From contig LPNZ01008512.1 in NCBI GenBank assembly GCA_001655205.1, positions 1 to 47,859 on the forward strand: a DNA stretch of 47,859 bases. The letters are read 5' to 3'. A program made the translations under genes and the position numbers. Below, piece after piece: positions 24,530 through 41,000 of the stretch; positions within the stretch are counted from its first letter, which is position 1, and every line of letters begins with the position of its first letter. This DNA is from Lenisia limosa. Lineage: Eukaryota > Protista > Breviatea. Under the pieces are notes generated by a model. It worked only from the letters and a program-made list of their open reading frames with translations. It was not told the origin of the DNA and made no database searches.

Positions 24530-26804
24530 AATGCCAATTACTCTATCGCTTACGCGGTCATGCCTTATGTGCATGGCCAGCTGTTGCACTCTTGCGTCCT
24601 TTGTTTATATGCTCGTGAGTTTTTTTTTTGGTATTGAGTGGTAATAACTGCATTTAGCTCTTTTGGCCCTTGTATTACATTCACATCGACTCAAGTAACG
24701 ACGTTTGGTTCTCTTATCAGTTTGATACAATTCAACGGAAGGTTGAAACAGATGATGCAACAACAATCCAATATACAGACTGGTTTGTTTCTCTTTGATT
24801 GTTTTTCGGCTCTTCTTATTGTTTCCTTTCCCTTCTCTTACGTCCTCAAGGGGAGAAAGCGGTCCATTCCAGTCTGACAATGACGATTTCAAAGGAGTAC
24901 GCTTTGATTTTTTTTTTTTCGTTTTATTCCCTCTTTACCGTTTCACCATTCGAATTCCTGTGACCACCGCTTATAATCTGCTTAGACTTTCACTCTTCAC
25001 ATGGTTCTCACAGTAATTGCCATCTGTCTCACTTGCTGCACCTTCGTCATGCAGAGTGGGACCAACCGCCTTTTTTCATCTGTCTCTCAAGTCTATTGAA
25101 TTATGTGGGGAACTAATTTTTTCAGCCATCACCAACTGGCCTGGATGCATGTGCAAAATCTTTGAAGGCCGTGTGAATCTCATCAAAATGATCACCAGTG
25201 TAAGAGGANNNNNNNNNNNNNNNNNNNNNNNNNNNNNNNNNNNNNNNNNNNNNNNNNNNNNNNNNNNNNNNNNNNNNNNNNNNNNNNNNNNNNNNNNNNN
25301 NNNNNNNNNNNNNNNNNNNTGTTGTCACATCTGTAATTTTGTTCTGCTTAAATCTTCCTGGAAACATGGCTGATGGCATGTCCAGTTGTCCCTCTGAAGA
25401 CCAGTTGGGGGGTTAAGATTGAGAGTTTATTTCCTTTTGACATACACTCACTCTGTAGTCCATGCAATACGCTCATTGGCTCCAATGACAGCATGAACAT
25501 GGGATGGGGCCTTGACTATGGAATGTACTTCAACATCATGATGGCCTTCTTCATGATCTTCATCTTCGTTGTTATCTTCATGTACCGTGATGAGACTCCT
25601 CAGAGTTCCAACTCCAGTGCTAACTCTGGTTACGTCAACTTCACCCTTGGCATGAAGTAGGATCTGAGTTTCCCTTCTGTTCTCACCTCTCAGCCTCCGT
25701 TGGTCTCGTGGCAAGTGGCTGTGGGCTTTCGGTATCATGATCATCTTCTTCGGTTACTTCTCATATGTTTGAGGGAGGGACTGAATCCTTTGTTTGTGTC
25801 AAAACTGATAATGACAGGTCTGGCCCTGGTACTACGTCAAGAGTGTCAACACCTCTAGTGATACTGAGAGCTACGTTGATTATAAGCTCGGAGGCCCTGA
25901 TGTCGTATCTATCCAGGATCCTGGAAGCAGAACTGTGGGGAGGAGGGGCCAAGTTAGAATGAAGGTTTTTGAAGCTGAAGGAAAGTGATCTGCAAAAAAG
26001 ACTGACTTTATAGGCTTCGGTGACTACTTCTCACAGAAGCTGGGGTGATGACGGTTATGATGGCGAAGTTAGGGATACCTTCCTCATCTGCTTTATTTTC
26101 TGTTTGTTGGGTTGTTTTATTTTTGAACATGATATTCTTTCAATTGAATGTTACAATTTCAGGGATCATTGCTGCTCTTGCTGCTATCTTCTACTGCATT
26201 CTGAACAGTAACCAGGGGTGGAATTCTCCAGATGTTTTAGTTCATTTTTATATATGGTTTTGAACTCTCCCTTACCCCCCTCAGCGGTGACACAATACCC
26301 TCGCCTCAAGTGCCCCTGTTTCCCTGCCTCTATGTATCTTTTGCGCACTATTGCGGCTGCCGCCATTCTTGCCTTCCACTCCCTCTCTTTCTTCATCTTC
26401 ATCTTTACTATTAGTGATGTGGGAGGGGCGTTGTATATTCCCCTCTTTGAACATATTAATGCCGCTTATTTGATATTTTTAGTCATTTGGTGAGGATATG
26501 AGTGGAAGCTGCCCATCTTCATCTAATCGCAAGCACCCTTGTAACTCTCTGGTAGGAGATTGATTCACCTTTCAGCTCATGAACTTGTTTGACCTTCTTA
26601 GATTGGCTCCCACGACGAAGGCAGTATTGAGTCTTCTTGGGGATTCGATTTTGGCTTCCTTAGGTTTGTTGTATTTCATGTGTGAAGTTTCCAATACTCT
26701 CTTTGTGACCTTGTAGCATGTTCTTCATCTTTGTGACTGGCATCTTCGCACTCGTCATGTCTCTGATGCACAGATCCGAGCCTATTGCCGGAAGCCGTGT
26801 CTAG
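24530..26804 (+). CDS. Uncharacterised multi-pass membrane protein (start uncertain, N gap inside)
   Basis: A series of hydrophobic exons (TFTLHMVLTVIAICLTCCTFVM; MYFNIMMAFFMIFIFVVIFM; WLWAFGIMIIFFGYF; GIIAALAAIFYCIL; MFFIFVTGIFALVMSLM) joined by GT-AG introns. TAG at 26802-26804. Confidence 0.7.
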
Positions 26805-27120
26805 AGAATGATGTTTACTGGTTTGGGCTAATGTACAATGTTAATAATTACAAATAATGGCAACGCTGGAATAAAAGGTAAAATTTATTTGATGAGCTTA
26901 GAGACAATACAACATAGATAAGAGGTAACAACAGGTTTAGGGTAACATTTCAAAATTTTATAACGTGAACATAATCGTAACATTGAAGAAAAAAAGGGAA
27001 ACTACTATGGTGCTCTAAATTATGCTATTTATTGAGGTGTGTTGCTCTTCATTCTTCCCGAGTTGATGAGACACCCTAATGGATGAATAATGGACACACA
27101 ATGATAATCAAAGATAGTAT

Positions 27121-31081
<3,961 letters not shown>

Positions 31082-31741
31082 CTTTGGACCCAAATTGGGT
31101 GCTCTGCCCTCTTTGGTGGCCAAGCCAAATGCGTCACAGTGATAGGAATACAAAGAAAATGCCTATTACGGAATCCTTGTGGTGATAGTTTGATAATTTG
31201 AGGGATGAGAGGAAAGGAAGTAAAAGAAGAGGTTTCTTGGGCTGGGCGCAAGAACTTGGAAGAAAATATAGCGTGGCGTTGAGTGTGAAATACTTTTATT
31301 TATTACACAGACTAATAAGAATAAAAGTATTGGGTAAAAAATGAAGAAGGTCGTCCAAATGACGGAAAAGGAAAAAAGGTGATGACGTGTCAGTCAGATA
31401 CCTTCTTTGGGAACTTCTTTTTTAAATACCGCTTTTTGATAACAATTTTACATTAATATCTTACTTTTGGAAGAGTTATAAAGAATAAGGCGGTTGAGCT
31501 AGAAAAATATCCAAATTAGTCAATCTTTACGAAATTACCGTCACCTCTTTAGAAACCCCACGACACGAAACCCGGAAACCCGGAAACCTGTAGTTATTTT
31601 TTGTACGTAGCGAGACAGAGAGGATATATAATAGAAAAACAAGGTCCATCAATCAAAATAAAGAGATTACTGCAACAGAATAGCGTTGTCCCACTGTATA
31701 GTTAGACCTTCGTGGTCTTCTATCGTTCTTTATCTTTGAAT

Positions 31742-34700
31742 ATGGTTATAAAGTCATCTCCGGAGCCTCTTCTCCAAAAAAGTGACTCCACTGATACAGA
31801 CCTCAAAGTTCATACTGAAGATGTTGTCCTGATCAAGCCATCCCCTTCACCAGAGCCAAGGCCAGATATACTGACCCCAGGTAAAAAGAGTATTGTTAAG
31901 TTTGTGTTAAGTGCCTGAAGCAGGGGGTATTTTATTCATTTCGTATCTACCTTATTTCTGTCCACTCGTCTTGTTTTTTCATTTTCATTCAGAGGAACGT
32001 GAGAATGAAGCACGTCTTGCAGAGTGGCGGAGAAGTGGAATTGTTCCTGCTGGAGGTCTGAGAACGTGATATTTCGTGGTTGACATATCCAGCGAGTGAA
32101 TACGACGTTAGAGGTATCTTCCTGAAGACCATCCACCCTGAGAATACGTTCAAACTTATCTTCGACTGGGTTATCGCCTTTATCAGTGGGTGTCTTCACC
32201 TTGTCCTAAGAGCTCTAGTCATGGTGACGTGCTTCATTGTGCCGACTGAATTAGCCTTCAACCAGGCTTTACCAACGTATATGTCAGTCTTCATCGACGT
32301 TTTCTTTGTGTTGGACGTCGCCATCAACTTTCGAACTGGATACAGGGAAGGTTGGTGCAACAGCTTCTGGCTGACTCTTGAAGGTGTGGCGTATGTTGTT
32401 ATGAATCACAAGTTGATCCAAAAGAAGTACCTCAAGGGATGGTTCACGGTGAGGGGTCATCTATTTCGGTAATTTAAATGTTGTAACTTTAAAATACTTC
32501 AATCTTTACCAGAAGATGTGTAAATTTTTCTGCAAAAAGGGCCAAAATGAAACAAAAGAATTGATGAACCCCAAAAAAAAAAGACATCATGTATTACTAA
32601 TATACCAACATAATATGAGCTCTTTAAGCATCTGTACATCATATAGTTGTAGATATGATATGATATTGATTTAATTATTTCTACTTTCGTCGTCTTTGTC
32701 TTTCAGAAGATGACTCAATGATCCAGGTGGACTTCTTGTCGTCAATCCCTTTTGATTTGATCTTCTTGATCGGGAATATGGGTCCCACAGGCCCGTACCT
32801 CCTACTTATTCGTCTCGTTAAGTGAGTGAATCCTCAAAACCATTACCATTTTCGACCCAGTTGCACATCTAACCTCTCAGGGTCCTTCGCCTCCTTCGTC
32901 TCTTGCGGCTTTTGAAGGTAACTTGGGACAATGGCAGGAGTTTGATCTCATGATCTAGGGGAGAAAGCTGAACCGTGTTGCTGGAGGCGCCTCTGTTGTT
33001 CGCACTTTGGTGCTCATCATATCCCTTGCGCTTCTCGCTGTAGGCACGGACGCTTTCCTTCTTATATTTGTAGCATTGGGTAGCCTGTATCGTTTTTGCA
33101 GTCAGCTCACCTCACGACGATGGATGGGTAGCCGACCAAGGGGTATGATGATCCGTTATTGATGCTGATTGCACAGATTAAGGACAGTGATTTCTTTGAA
33201 CAGTATACAACTTCAATATACTTCGCCTTGGTATCCCTCACGACTGTTGGGTATGAGGGACATTGTTTTCCTTTGATATATTGATGAAAAATGTGATGAT
33301 TTGGATATATCTTCAACCAGATAAAACATTATTCTCAAGTATTTTGCACATTTCTTGTGTGAAAAAAATTTACATGACCTATAATGGACTTTTCTAAATT
33401 TGAAACTTAGATACGGAGATATTTCACCTATTCGAGCCGATGAACAGTGGACAGTTTCAATCATTATCCTGTTTGGCACCTTAGTGACTGGAATGGTGTT
33501 TGGTTCCATGACAAGCATTGTTGAAGGTAATGAAACCAGTGAATATGACGTCATTCTATTAGCAATGGACAGCAGCTATCGACGTTATCGCAATAAACTG
33601 AACCAAGTTAATGAGTTTATCAAGTGAGTCAAATGAATATCCCTCCCCATAACAAACATGAAAGTTGACATTTTACCGTTAAGTTTCTATAAGATATCGA
33701 GATCTTTAGCTGAGCGACTTCGCATTTACTCAGATCAGCACTGGGAATTGACTAACGGTCGTGAGGTAGCCGGGATTGAACCTCTGATACCATTTCAATA
33801 GTCGGATGACCCCTTTAGTGGGATCTCTTCTTCAACATTTTACCACGGCCTGTTTCGGCTGAAATTGCGATTGAAATGCACTCGTAAGTCGGATACGTCA
33901 CATGACCATGTAGGTCCCTCATCAAAAGCTGTGAGGCCTTCCGACAAGTGTCGCCTGCCTTCATAAGAGAACTGGCACCCTCCCTCAAACTTTCTCTCTG
34001 TGTCTCAGGTGACTATATCATCAGACAGGGCGATATTGGTTAGTGGGACTGTTTCATTTTGATGCCTAAGGTGATAGAGTGTACTTCATTCGAAGTGGAA
34101 TGGTCAACCTTTACATTGATGGAGAGGTAGGTTGCTTCTGTTCTGGCCTGGGTTGAACTCATGCAGAAAATCGAACAACTCGGTCCGGGAGACTCTTTTG
34201 GTGAAGATTCTCTCATATCACCCGGACATAAAGTCTCGGTATGAGCTGTTGCTAGTAATTTAAATATGACCGGATCTCCTTTTTATTATCTGAATCTGTT
34301 GCATAAGACGGATTTAGGATGGCTTACCTCCTTCATGAATATAGGTCAAAGCAAAGAGTTTCACTGTTCTTCACTTCATTGAACATGAAACAGTAACAGA
34401 TATCCTCAAAAGTTGGTGTTTCTCATTATAATGAACACACGTTCTAAATTTTCACAACTCCAGAGCACCCTGGTGATGTCTCGCCTTTTTGTGAGGTAAT
34501 GAGACCCTCAAAACAGCAATTTCCTTATATTGTAGTCCTTGGCAAAGATTCAGTACACTGGGGAAGAAAAGAAGAAGAAGAAAAAGTCCAGTGGTTGGAG
34601 CAGCATTAGTCTTAGGGAAATTAAGCAACTTGAAAGAATCAACTCTAAAGTAAGCAAGCCTGTACCTTTATTCTCTCTAGACCCCTTCATTACAAAAGAT

Positions 34701-35010
34701 CGATACCCCACAGAAGTCGGAACCGCCGGTTGATAGCTCCACGTTCAAGCCCCTTCCCGACCATCTCACTCCTTCAACTCCACTTCAGGCCACAAAAGAC
34801 ATCGAATTAATGATGGAGGAAATCAAGCTTCTGAAAAGGACTTTGGCTGAGAGGGATAATGAAATTGCCCAAATGGTAGTAGGCCTTATCATAATAGTCC
34901 TGACACTTCAGAAAACATCAATAGGTCATCCAATTCCAACTCCTCCTGAGGTAAGCCAGTTTTCTTCCTTTTCACTCTTTAGATCTCCACTCCAAATGTG
35001 TTTTAACTGA
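31742..35010 (+). CDS. Voltage-sensor + K+-selective pore + cyclic-nucleotide-binding-domain channel (KCNH/HCN/plant-Shaker-like)
   Basis: DVAINFRTGY, KKYLKGWF..DFLSSIP, S4 LRLLRLLRLLK, filter LTTVG|YGD (split by an intron), C-linker, CNBD GDSFGE...R, and a C-terminal coiled coil. Ends are approximate. Confidence 0.92.
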
Positions 35011-35090
35011 AATTCAAATAATGTACATTAAACTGATCAAATCTGACATTCTCAAACAGAGTCTTGATTGATATTACTTTGGTGACATTC

Positions 35091-38000
35091 CTATGCGTAT
35101 TGTGACAGCAGCTTGCGAAGCGTAATTAAATTGATTGGTTTGGGTACGAAGTCCTGCAGCATCAAGGCCACAGCACAAATGCACATCTTTTGAAATACGA
35201 GTCGAGTGACATTTTCAACATAATCGAGGCTGTTTGGCAAACCTGCATTCCAGAGTCAAGACAGGCCTTTTGGTCACTCGGAGCAACTTGTCCCGTGACA
35301 GCAACAATGTTGACGGGGCGCTCCACTGACATTCGAGATTCCATTTCACCTGGGGTGTGAGTGTCAACCTCCCTACGAATGGCTTTGGTAGCTTCGATGC
35401 CGTCCATAACAGGCATTTGGTAGTCCATAAAAATCATGCGATAGGGTCTGAAAGAATAAGTTCTGAGTATGCTTCTCACTTATCCTCTTCGACAGCTTCG
35501 CTGACCATGTCAAGTGCTTCTTTACCATTATTTGCAACTTCAACCTAGGGAATGAACCGCTAATCACAATCTTACAATAGACCCTGCCTTTTTGATCATC
35601 AACGCAAGCACTTTCTAAAGGAGTTATTCCATTTTGGGTCTGACCTGGTTGACGGGATTATCTTCGGCCAGCAGAACTCTTGGCATTAGAGGCGACGATT
35701 CTGAAGAGTCAAGATGAAGCAAATACGTAAATGCGTACGGTCTGACGCATGAGACGGCGTTGACACAGTGGAGGGGTTCGGACACGCGGGGATGGGGAGG
35801 GTGTTTTGTGACGGACTGTTTGTCATCGAAACATTTGTCGAAAGCTGGGTGGTGAGTCAAAAGCGCAGCCAACTTTGAGGGGGGGAAAGTAAGGCCCTTC
35901 CTTAGTGTCAAGAATAACTGCTGGTGTGGCAGGTGACATCAGTTCGGGGCTTGGAAACGAGACCATCGGCAGGTCTGGCATGGACGGTGAATTCTCAAAT
36001 TGGTGTACGGTAATTTCCGGAAGTGGGATGATGATGGCCTAGACCGGTGACAATATAGATGTGTGCCAACTTTCAATGAACCCTTAATGACTAGTTTCAG
36101 CGCCGAGAGTGATGTTGGTTTGGGGAGTAGTTCAATGTTAAGAAGCCCTGAGACCTGCAGAGTTAGTATAGTACTTGTGCGTACCATTGAGTTACTTGAG
36201 AGGTGAGACAAGATGCTTCGGACTTTGGACATTTCAGAATACGCCGCAGTGAAGGCTATGGTATGCGGCCGTGCGGAAGGCGGAATAGACTCAAAGGCCA
36301 GAATAGACTCTTTGAGGAAGCGTGCGTCTTCACTGGTCATGTCGAGTATGTCTATATTTGTCAAAAACACAGGGTTATTGGATTTTCCTTACAGTTTTGG
36401 TGTTTGTGTTTACCAACAGTCTAAAACGGTCAAAGAAATTCAACAAGAACTTGCCCTGGTAGTCTCACTTTCAAATCTCCGCTTGAAGAGCAATAATGGT
36501 ATGTAGGTCTTCGCACAATCACCAGTGCTGGGGGTGCCGCTGGTGGGGTTCGAAGGGACAAAATTGCATCTGACAACTGGAACATATGAGCAAAAAAAGT
36601 GGAAATCTTGTCATTGATAACTGTAAGCATAGTAGCCACAGAATTATGTCAAACTTGGTGAGAGAACAGCAAAAAATTGGGGAAATAATAGGCTCCACAT
36701 GATATTTAATCAACCTTCAGCCTACAGAGTGGAACAGGTTTGGTCTAGCATAGAGAGCCATGACGTCACAAACCAGGCTGTCGTCACTCGTCTGGTCTCC
36801 AATTATTACGACTGAGGGTCTGTTCTCAGCAACAACTACATACATAAGACGAAAACAGCCCCACTTCTAGTGTTTAAAGGAGACAACGCAGAGCTGTTGC
36901 GACGGCTGTGGATTTTGCTGTGAACAAGGAGCGGAGTGGTGTGTAGTGAGCTTCTTGGAGAGTGCCTTGGGGAACACGCAGGTGAAGACAATGGCGAACG
37001 CAATTTCGGAGATCTGAGAGAGTGACGACAACCCGAAGCAACACACCTGATCTGTCTGATGCGCTGCTGGAGGGACAGTATTGATGATGAGCTGGCTGGA
37101 GGCGCCACTTTCAAAAGCTCGGGCTTCGCAAACGATGACATCAAAGGAAACACCTGGGCAATAAGACCGTGCTGCGAATAATGGGGCGTCTACCAAAGTA
37201 AACGTCGTCCCTTCGTCAAGCTTCGACGACACCCTTATGGTTCCACCCAAAATCTCCACTAAATGCTACATGGTGAGTGGGATGATGTATATGCTGAAAT
37301 TCAGCAAATGGGCAGGTAATAAATTAGTATTTCGATGTGAAAGCTCATTATTTTTCATAACTGATAAGCTATCATTTGTAACTGCTTATAGAGTTAGAAT
37401 ACCCATACTTTTGTGATACTTAGGCCAAGGCCACTTCCACCATATTTGGACCTGATTTCCGGCTGAAGCTGATCAAAGGGGTTAAACAGACGATGTAAGT
37501 TCTCGGGCGACACGCCTCTTCCGGTATCGGACACCTGGGGGTCAGGTTGCTATTTTGGTGTCTTACCTTGACTTCAATTGTTCGTCTTTGCGGCGGTTCC
37601 TGAGAAATGAGATGGAGATGTGGGCCTACATCATCCATGACAAGGGATGAAGGGTCAATGAATTCGTCATCACTTAGACGGGCTTTAATTGTCACCTATT
37701 GCATGAGATGAAAGAAGGGATGAGCCACCTCTCCCTTGTCGGTGAATTTCACAGCGTTTGACAGTAAGTTGAAGAAGACTTCCTTCAAACGACCAGGGTC
37801 TGAAATCACCTGCAAATCATAACCAATGAGGAATGAAGAAGACAAACCTCAAGTCGTGAGAGGTCAGTGGAGGCAATTACGTTCAGTTCCAGGTTCTGTA
37901 CAGTCAAATGACAGCACTTCCGTCTGTACCTTAGTTTGTGCTTTGAGCCCGAATATCATGGCAACTTCATCGATCATTCTAAGGAGTAAAAAAGGGCACT

Positions 38001-41000
38001 TTTTCTAACCCTCTAAAGGAGAACTGCAAAAGGGACAAGTCTGAAGTGTTCATTTGGCCCGTCTGGAAACATCATGGAAAGCAATGAATCATAGAATTTA
38101 CCAAATTAATATTTTAAAAGTCAATGAAAAAAACTCTCATTCTTACGCTCAAAGTACTGTGCGAAAGGACTTGAGACGCCATTCTAAGCAAGTCCTCCCC
38201 TCCGGCTCGGATAACGTCAACATGTGGCCTCTGCTCTTCTGTCAGGTCCGTTTCGGCAAGCAGACTGGCGGAACCGATGATGGTTGTTAGGGGAGTGCGG
38301 ATGTCATGACTGAAGCGTTATTACCATGTATTCGTTACCTAAAAGCCGCAAAGAACTTCCTGGTCATGGCCTCTACCTCCTGTGCGTTACCTTCAGCACA
38401 CTCGCGAAGTCGCATCTACATTGTCAGCATCAGGATGAGACATACTTCACTCTCCAGTACGCTACATGCAGATTTAATTGCCTTGGTCCGGGCGTTGACC
38501 GTGGCTTCGAGTCGGTGTCGTTTCTACTCATGTCAAACAGACAGCTTATTACCTCCATCAGCTGAGCAATTTGTTTGCACTGGATTAAATCGCGTATGAT
38601 CAGGCTTGACGACGTGTTAGACTAAACCATGGGTTACTCATAACTAGCCCACCTCAAGAATCAGACCTGGCAGCTGACATGACCCTTCGGACCCCTCTCT
38701 CCACCAGGACTCTGCTGCGTCTTGCATAATGGTAATGACGACCCTTGCTTGCTGAAGCCAACACTCTGGCAGCTTGATTTCTGATTGTTCTGGAGGGCAA
38801 GCTAGAACTGGACTGGTTAGGTGCCAAAAGCAAGGAGATTTGCGAACTTTCACTTGGCGTGAGAGGAATGAAATTATGATGGCTTGAAGAAGGACCAGTC
38901 TCCATACTACTGCGACTGCTTGACTGTTGCAATCCTGTCCCGTCAAATTAAAGCACACGACAGAACACCCACCAAGCTGGGTTAGAATTTTCAGTCGTGT
39001 CAGCTCCCAAGACATGAAACTGTCAGCGTGGATGACTTGTTCAGTAGGCTGCACTGTAGAGTGGTCCTGTTGATGAGTTGCCGGCACGCAACGTACATAA
39101 ATTTTTGAATTGATAGACCTCCAAGGAAGTCTCATCAATGTCAGCGCTTCAGGCAAGATAGGGACGTGCAAGTTTGGTATAATTCCGGGATTATTGTCCA
39201 CAATAATGCGACTGGGCTGACACATTATTGAGGGTCTTGCTTACCGAGAGTGACAGACTTTCGTAATGGTCTTGAAGAGGTTCAGCAAGCCAAATAAGAG
39301 ACAGTATCAGATCAATGGCACTTTGGCAAACCTGAAGAATGAGGGAGAATATGGCCTACCACCACGGGTGATAGGATTTCGTGTTGTCGCATGAGAGACG
39401 TCAGCGTCGTTCCAGTTATTGAAGGGTAAATGCAGACCTTAAGAAATAAACAACCAGAAGAACTCACATCCACCATCTCCTGGTCACTTTCGGCCACATC
39501 GTTGACAATACTCATGTCCAAAATTGTTACACCTGAGAGAGCAGAAGACGAGACAGTTCGGGAGGTTTGGTTGGAGCGACTACTGTCGAAGTGGATGTTA
39601 GTGGAGCGGAGAGCAGAGTTGCGAGTATTTGGCAGAGTGGAACTATACCCTCTTCTATGTATAGAGCGTCTGAGACAGTTATTCTCAAATAACTCTCACG
39701 ATTCTTTGAAACTGCCGTGTGGCCGGATCGGTTTGAGGGACTGACCACGCCGCCGTGCAAGAGAAGGTTGTGGCAGCGTCCTGCACATATTTCGATCAAT
39801 CATCGACAGAAATTCATAGGATATGATTTAGGTATCTGGCCGAAGCCGTCCTCACCATCACACAAAATGCATATGGGTCTTTTCAGATCAAAGAAATAAA
39901 TGATCCTAACACTGCTCACTGGAATAAATGATCCTAACACTGCTCACTGGAATAAACGATTTTAACACTGCTCACTGGAATAGTGGTGATTCATCAAAAA
40001 ATGGCGTGGAAAAGGGGCTGAATGGGGTATCGGAGGGATCAGCTTGTGGGCTTGCCATTGCTGCTGCAGCAGTGTACGGACAATTGTCCTGAACAGTAAC
40101 AACTAGGGTGAACAGTAAACAGTAATAACTTTGGTAAACAGTAACAACTTGGGTGGACAGTAACAACTTGGTGAACAGTAACAACTTGGGTGAACAGTCA
40201 CAACTTGGGTGAAAACTCACTTGGAAACATGGGACGCACGCCAGCCTTTCTCTCCAATGTGACAAGCGTATTCGATGTGTTGCAAGGGGGGTGTGAATAC
40301 AGGGAACCTACACAGTGAAACAATTTCATAGGAGGAAGCCCAAAACTACTTTAAAAAAGGTATCTCGTGCGAAGGACATTTGCGCCAAAAAACGTTCTCT
40401 TCTCTATTATGTGAATTAAAGACGACCCGAAGAGTTGGGATATATACACCCCGCAAACAGATAGGCCGGCCATAATGAACCTCTCAAAAAGAGTCGGACT
40501 CAGGCCTGGGTGGTCCTCCAAGGTCGGCCATTCTACAGCCCATCTCAGCCTTCCCTCGTTGGACGCTACAATACCTAGTGGTGTTAAATGGATGCCCATC
40601 CCACCAATTGAAACCCTCCCCCATTTCCCAACCTCCAGTAGCAACGTTACGTAATCTCGTGGGGGATAGCTCAATTGGAGGTACTGGTATCTGAGAGGCG
40701 TATTGTTGGAACGACGCGGGTTTAGCAGAGAAGGATGCGGAGCGTATGGCGCGACATGCATAAGGTGTGTCTAATTGTGAGTTCACTTCGGTCATCACCA
40801 ACTTTCAATGTCAATATCAGGAATATCAGTAGAAAAAGAAGGACACAGCTTTTCATTCAAAGGGCAAATCTACACTTAATAAATAGTCAAAGAGCAACCA
40901 ACATTGAGAGGATTGTCACATGTACATTCAGGCTTGAGGGAAGCATGAAGGGAGAACATTGGTCCTTGGAGTACCTGAAGAGCTAAGCTCAGGTGGTGAA

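Noticed and set aside
186-25319. Homopolymer-flanked N runs as biological elements
   Set aside because: They are most simply sequencing or assembly dropouts at G/C/A homopolymers.
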